Shown in pieces: positions 57,752 to 64,000 of a stretch of DNA of 64,000 nt; within the stretch, counting starts at the first letter, position 1, and each line of letters opens with the position of its first letter. The position numbers were made by a program, and so were the translations under genes. Under the pieces are notes generated by a model that saw only the letters and a list, made by a program, of their open reading frames with translations, did not search any database and had not been told where the DNA came from. Source of the stretch: the human T2T-CHM13v2.0 reference genome, Homo sapiens. The DNA lies in the NCBI RefSeq assembly GCF_009914755.1, contig NC_060933.1, one strand, 5' to 3'.

Positions 57752-58710
57752 CTAAAGCAATTTGGAAACTATGGTGAATTTAAAGAACTCATCTTTCCAT
57801 GAGTTCTCTGAACCTTTGCTATCCATTCCAGATGCCAAAAGCTGTTCCTGGGGTCCTGACAGCAATGTGCTTCATTATCCATGAGGCTTCCTCATTTCTG
57901 GTGCAACTGGATAATCATTCAGTAATTAAACAGATATTGATCATATTGTAATTGAGATGCCCGTAACATAAGTAAGGGTTAACTCTGATACTTACAATCA
58001 AGGAAGCATGATTAGATTTTTATCATAAATTATATAATACAATACTATGTCTCAAAAGATTGCTTCGAATGAATTCATTGCTAGTTTAGAGAAAGGAATT
58101 ACACATTTCTTTTGGAATATTTGCCTAACGCATAGCAAGAATTTGACTTAGGTCTTAAAACATGAGTACATTTTGAACTCTTCAGAACTGGGTGGGAAGC
58201 AGGCCAAAAAGAATAGAGATCAAAGTAGAAAGATAAGAGAATGTAGAGCAGTTATGTATAGAAGAATAGAAAAAAATAAGGAAAATCATGAAAATGCAGT
58301 GCAATTTAAGTTTAATAGTTTGAAAGAGATTGAAAAGTCATATCAGGGCAATATCAGAGAAGTTCCTTGAATGGCAGAGTAAGAAGAAACTTAGAAACAG
58401 AGTAAGAAGAAACTTGTGCAATTAGTGACCTGAGATTTAACAATTTGTGGCTAAATTCAAGGGGCCTGTTTATCCCATATGTCCCTATTTTTTTGCTTCT
58501 TGTCATTATGAATAATCAAACCAAGATATGTCAGTTTGTCATGATTACAACTGCGGCAAACGATTTGGCCTATTTACTTGGCTGTCATGTCAAAACTTAG
58601 ACACACTGATTTGCTTTATAAACATCCACTGAAAAATGGAAAAGGTGAAAAATACAGAATTGATAGTTTTCAGTTTCTCATCCTTCTTGTAGCTCAAGAG
58701 CAGCTTGTTC

Positions 58711-58730
58711 TTTTTTTTTTTTTTTTTTTT
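58711..58730. repeat. Poly(T)20 mononucleotide tract
   Basis: 20 consecutive T, with no Alu or L1 body attached. Confidence 0.9.
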
Positions 58731-59067
58731 GAAACATTTGCTTCATGCTGTGAACTGACAGCCAGTCTTCAAAGTGCAATTCTTCTTAGATGAGGACAGT
58801 TCAAGATATTTCTCCTTTTGGCAAGGAATCAATAGTGCATTAAATTCTAGAATGTGCTTTCTGTTAGGAAACCATTACATTTTATTGTACTAATTTGGTT
58901 TTATGGCAATATCTAAAATTTGCAGGGATGTGCAGATGACTTCTGTCTTAAATTAGGCAAAATTAAGAGATCTAATCTAGCTTTAGAAATGGATAATCCT
59001 GTTCTTAGTTTTCCCTAGCCCTGAAAATTCTGGAAATTCCAGAGATCATTAATAAGCTACCTCAGGA

Positions 59068-59069
<2 letters not shown>

Positions 59070-59105
<36 letters not shown>

Positions 59106-59115
59106 TGTGTGTGTG
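59070..59115. repeat. (TG)n microsatellite
   Basis: About 17 pure TG units, one TC interruption, then further TG units. Confidence 0.95.
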
Positions 59116-59372
59116 CGTACCTTAATCTAGGAAGAAAAAAGTTACTAATAAAATAAAATAGAAAAAAAATTGAGATATCTATTTGTGTATTTTACTTGCT
59201 GAATGAGGAGGTATGGAAGGACAGGCAGGCCTTTAGTATCCAAGTCTCTTGTTACGGTGACAGAGAAAGGAGGTTTTCTTAACAGAAACTTTGTATTTTA
59301 GGTGCTGTCTTGAAAAGAAACCTTACTCAGACTATTTAGGTAAGAGAGAGACATTGAGAAAAGAAGGGCATA

Positions 59373-59670
59373 GGCCAGGCACGGTGGCTCACGCCTGTAA
59401 TCCCAGCACTTTGGGAGGCTGAGGCAGGTGGATCACTTGAGGTCAGGAGTTCAAGACCAGCCTGGCCAACATGGAAAAACCCCGTCTCTACTAAAAATAC
59501 AAACATTAGCCGGGTGTGGTGGTGGGCACCTGTAATCCCAGCTACTCAAGAGGCTGAGGCAAAAGAATCACTTGAACCCGGGAGGCAGAGATTGCAGTGA
59601 GCCGAGATTGTGCCATTGCACTACAGCCTGGGGGTGAAGAAGCGAGACTCCGTCTCAAAAAAAAAAAAAA
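59373..59670 (+). mobile_element. AluSx/Sz-like
   Basis: Full dimer with GGATCACTTGAGGTCAGGAGTTC; GGGCATA on both flanks. Confidence 0.94.
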
Positions 59671-62447
59671 GGGTGGGGGGCATAGACAGCGGCTCTTTGA
59701 GGTCAAAGCTATAGTAAACCAAAACTAGAAAAAGGAAATATTCATAGAAGTGAAACAGACTTTCAGAGAATTGGAGAAGACAGTAATTGCATGTTTAACT
59801 TACTGTAAGTGGGAAAGATAAACGTGAAGTGCTGCTGCGGTACCCACTGTAGACACTTGGGCGATGGTGTGAATGAGGATTTATAGGGGGATTATGAGCC
59901 AATGTCTGATTGGCGAGGTTAAATATTTGGGTATATCACACTTGCCACTGTCCTTCCCTTTCATTCTCTTTCATATGAGCATGGTGAAGAAGGGATGTTA
60001 TAGTCTGTACGCAGAATAATAGGGTACAATACTATAGATAAAATAAATTAGATCAACAGTTGTTTAAAATGAAATGAAAATGTACTAAAACTCTAGATTG
60101 ACTACATATCTCATGTCCACATAGGGGACTCTCATATTTTTTTACCCCTTTTCAATTTTCATGTTAGTTAAGATACTTCTCACCTAATGTTTATTTTATT
60201 GTTTTTAGTTCTTTTGTTTTCTGTTGTGAAAATGCATGCATGTAGATCAATAATTTGTTAGTTTCTGGGCAATATATTGATCTTTTTATTTGATATTTTT
60301 GTTGTCTTTGTTTGTCTTCCAATATTCACTCATGTACTTGCATAACATTTTCTGGAGTAAATGAATACGCTCTAACAAGGGTTTAATTTGATCTATTCTA
60401 AATAATAGTTTGGGCAGTTTATCTGCTTGAACTCAAAGTGAACCTAAACCTTTAAAGCTGTTGTTGAGAACATATTGCTGATGAAAGTAGAAATATGCAC
60501 CTCTTGCTACTTATTAAAAACAAGAACATTTTTAAAAATCATAACTAGAAATTCATGATCATAAAGCTCATTAAAATCCCTATGTATAGAGTCAACATGA
60601 CTATTAATGGTATGATATCCTAAAAGTTCAAGTAATTTAAAAAAGACCACAGTGCTTCACAGATAGAGTAACTTAGAAAAAAAAGGATCTTTTAAAATTA
60701 GAAGTAAGTTCATTACAAAACTTTTACACAGGGTAATTTCTGTAATTAAATCCTATTGTTTCTAATTTTTTTTAATGGATCCACATACAAAGAGGAAAAG
60801 AACTGTAACTTAAAAACGTATAGTTCTGGTAATGGTGGAATAGCTATCATTAGGCTAATAGCCCTTCATACGGCAATTAGGTACTTGTAAGGGAAGTTTC
60901 TTTGAAGCCACCAGACAGTAAACAAAAGCAGATAGAAATTGGAGGAAATTTGAATCAGGGAAAAGGAACCACACTTCAAAAAGACATATTTACATACATT
61001 TTTCCACTGAGGGAAACCATAATGTCTATAGGGTATGTTAGCCACAGAATTCAAGTAAATGGCTGCAGTCACATTGGTCTCTTACATCAGAGGATATTGA
61101 GACTGTCTGAAAATTGGAACTGGATAAATCAGGATGAGAACAAAGCCATAGCGCATAGCTAGCTTAAACTATCATCATATCACTAGAGTAGTGAACACTT
61201 GAAATCATAACACTTAATATTAAAGTAGAATCTTACCATCACAGGTAATTTGTTGCAAATTCCATTAAAAATGGAAGTATTAAAATTAACAGCTGAAGTG
61301 ACACATGACATTCTGTGGACATAGCTACTGTGCACTAATAAAAGCCACATTAGTGTAAAATTCAGAATCACCACCCCTTCTTGATATAAATTCACATGAA
61401 AATATAGAGTAATATAATGTCTCTTAATTTGTTTCATTCCAGTTTCTACCGGCATGAAATGACACTAGTCCATCAGGGAAACAGCTAGCTTATTTACATA
61501 ATCACTCACTTAGATAAAAATTCAAAAGTGGCAGAAATGATTAAGTATAACTGTCATACACTTCTTTGTTAAAGATACTGACTTTCAATACCCCTTTGAA
61601 CAACTCTGATTAGGATATGGTCTTTTACATGCTATTCCTTTAATACATGGTAGGAAAAAGCAAAATTTCCAATCTTCTCAAATGAGTAAAATTATTAGTG
61701 CATTAAATACACAGTTCCCACATTTAATAATAAATAGAAAGCCACTTAAAATTATCTAATGAGTAAAGAGGACACATATAAACCTTATTCTAGTAAAAAT
61801 TATCTCGTAAATCAAAAACATGATTTTTATTCTTTCTGTTAATTACTTCAGAAGCTCAGTGACTCCATCTTAGATAACTGTCTACAGCAGAAAATTACAG
61901 TTTAACTGCTCACTCTCAAACATACAAAATATGTATTCCATTTGCTTTCTATAGCAACATATTTTAATAATTATGGAATAGTTTCACAAATTCTTAGATT
62001 ATTTTCTCACAGTCCACATATAAGCAATATGACATTTCATAGCTCAAAGTTACGTTCTATTACACACAAGGTTGCTTAAATTCGCTTTCGTTTTTGGTTA
62101 AACCACGAAAACAGTGAGCTGAAGTAGGCCAACTTTTTATGGAATGTAAGGATCTACATTAACTTTCAGTTGTAATATTTATGTTGCATCTACCCTCAAA
62201 AATAGGTAGTAATGAGAAAATAATATATTTATTAAACAAACATGCCAGGGATATGAGTAACCTTATCATTTCTATACATTGCTCTTCTTTTAAAAAGTCC
62301 ATATTTTTACAGACCTTATATCGTATAACTGTTTTATGTGTATGTAATTAATTTATTGTGCACTGATAGGAGTTTCATTAACATATTAAGTAAACAAGGG
62401 AGACAGAGCCAAGAAAGGATAGGTAAATGCAGATTGTATATTGCTAG

Positions 62448-63281
62448 TGATAGAGACAGGAGGTAGAGAAACTCTAGGCAGACAGGGGTGGGTCCCTGGC
62501 GAAACCCCCACCTTTGAGCCAAAATGCCTGAAACCTGCAGCCCAAAGTGAGAACTTCCATCCATGTGTGTCCACTCTCTCCTGAGCAGTTCTTTCTGAAT
62601 AATTTCTTTTTAAAAATTGAATATTGCCTTTTCCAAAACTAACTATGGCCTGCCCTGCCCCCCTGTGCCTATAAAGACCCTAGACTCAGAGTAGCTAGAC
62701 AAGAAGAAGCAGCTTGACTCCAGAGACAACAGCTGGACATCGGAGAGAGGCAACCTTACTTCAGCAGAGAGCGACCTTCCCTTCCCGTCTCCTTTCCAGT
62801 TCCCCTATCTGCTGAGAGCCACTTTCATCGCTCAATGAAATTCTCCACATTCACCATCTTTCAATTTGTTCACATGACCTCATTCTTCTTGGGCACTAGA
62901 CAAGAATTTGGGACCCACCAAGTGTGGGTACCCAAAAAGGCTGTCACACCGGCCTTTTGCCCTTGCTGGCAGATGGCAGCTGCCCCACTCAACAAGGCAA
63001 AGGGCCCACTGAACTGATAACACACTGTTGTCCACAGACTGCAGAGCTAAAAGAGCACTGTAACACAACCTCTGGGGCCTTGGGGTTGCAGGCACCCCAA
63101 CCTGGATGCTGCAGCAGTGCCTTCACAGAGTTTGCTCCTGCCAGCACTGAAGTGGCTGGCTGGTTCCTGCACTTGCTCCCCTACACGCTCCCTCCTGCAA
63201 TGGGGTGAGCAGGACAGGCTGAGTAAATCGGGCCCCCCTGTCGTGAGCCCCAGAAAGGGGTCAAGAAAATATCCTGCATCA
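62448..63281 (+). mobile_element. ERV1 solo LTR, LTR27/LTR1-family-like
   Basis: TGATAGAGACAGGAGG...TCCTGCATCA (TG...CA, TGAT/ATCA ends), 834 bp, GC-richer than flanks; 4-bp TSD CTAG/CTAC. Confidence 0.85.
62670..62675 (+). promoter_or_regulatory. LTR TATA box
   Basis: CCTATAAAGACCC at the expected U3 position after a GC-rich box; activity unknown. Confidence 0.55.
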
Positions 63282-63922
63282 CTACAGTAGGTGAAAGACC
63301 TTTATATCATAATCCACTATCTAGAACATTTAAATGAAAGATCTCCAATGGCAGACTTTCTTCTAAGTGTGGGATGGCTATATTCTTTAGATTTAATTAG
63401 TGGGTGCTGCATCCCTTGGACATTCCTAATCCTAAAGGAGTATGTGAAAAAGGTTGTGCCCATAGGAAGATTAAAAAGTCACACTCCATTTGGAGTGTTC
63501 TACTACAAGGACAGCGATGAAAAGAAAAAAAAATGACTGCCATAACAAATAGAAAACATCCTATATCTCGCAGCTGATAATGCTGCATGTTCACTCTCAA
63601 TTCAGTCAGCTTAAAGTTGATTCAGTGAGTAGTTGCCATGTGAAATTGGGCCTAAGGACAGTAGTGGAAGGGTGGAAGGAAAATCCTCAAATTGCTGCAA
63701 GCTAGTGGTTTCATACCAGATGAAATGCTATTCAATTCATTATTAGAGAGTTTCCTTATACAATCAGAATATGGCATACCATAGGGGTGCTACTTATAAT
63801 TAGGTGAAGTTAATATTCAGAGAAACATTTTTTATCATAAAGACAACAGCATCATGGTTGTTAGTTAAAAGAAAGTGAGCCTTTGGGTTGATCACAGCCC
63901 TATTTCAAAAATGTGTCATCCT

Positions 63923-64000
63923 GCCTGGCATGGTGGCTCATGCCTGTAATCCCAGCACTTTGGGAGGCTGAGGGGGCCAGATCACTTGAGGCCAGGAGTT
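63923..64000 (+). mobile_element. Alu 5' end (cut by the window edge)
   Basis: GCCTGGCATGGTGGCTCATGCCTGTAATCCCAGCACTTTGGGAGG... Confidence 0.93.

Noticed and set aside
58375-58415. 18-bp direct repeat CAGAGTAAGAAGAAACTT x2
   Set aside because: Ordinary small slippage duplication; only two units, not an array.

Overview
AT-rich primate genomic DNA (hominoid, very likely human, judged from AluY/AluYd and L1PA elements), either intergenic or deep-intronic. I found no credible protein-coding gene, RNA gene, CRISPR array or other novel functional system. Every ORF I can place is an L1 ORF2 fragment, an Alu translation, a Tigger remnant or low-complexity sequence; the rest look like chance ORFs. 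The window is mostly layered transposon fossils: about 17 Alu-family copies (FAM, FRAM/AluJ, AluS, AluY, AluYd), L1PA/L1M fragments, L2, MaLR LTRs (THE1, MLT1), MLT2, an LTR27-like ERV1 solo LTR and a MER44/Tigger7 element. The most informative structures are: (1) an L1PA7-like insertion with a twin-priming 5' inversion plus an apparent ~108-bp 3' transduction, bounded by an exact 17-bp TSD (53066-55471); (2) a second twin-primed L1PA4-like insertion carrying a nested AluYd-lineage element (16959-20355); (3) a ~210-bp, ~90% identical non-TE direct duplication 3.5 kb apart, one copy split by an AluY; (4) a perfect 66-bp palindrome in a TA-rich microsatellite; (5) a few candidate + strand non-coding or micro-exons. 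Subfamily names come from recalled consensus sequences and should be confirmed with RepeatMasker/Dfam. Boundaries of old elements are approximate.
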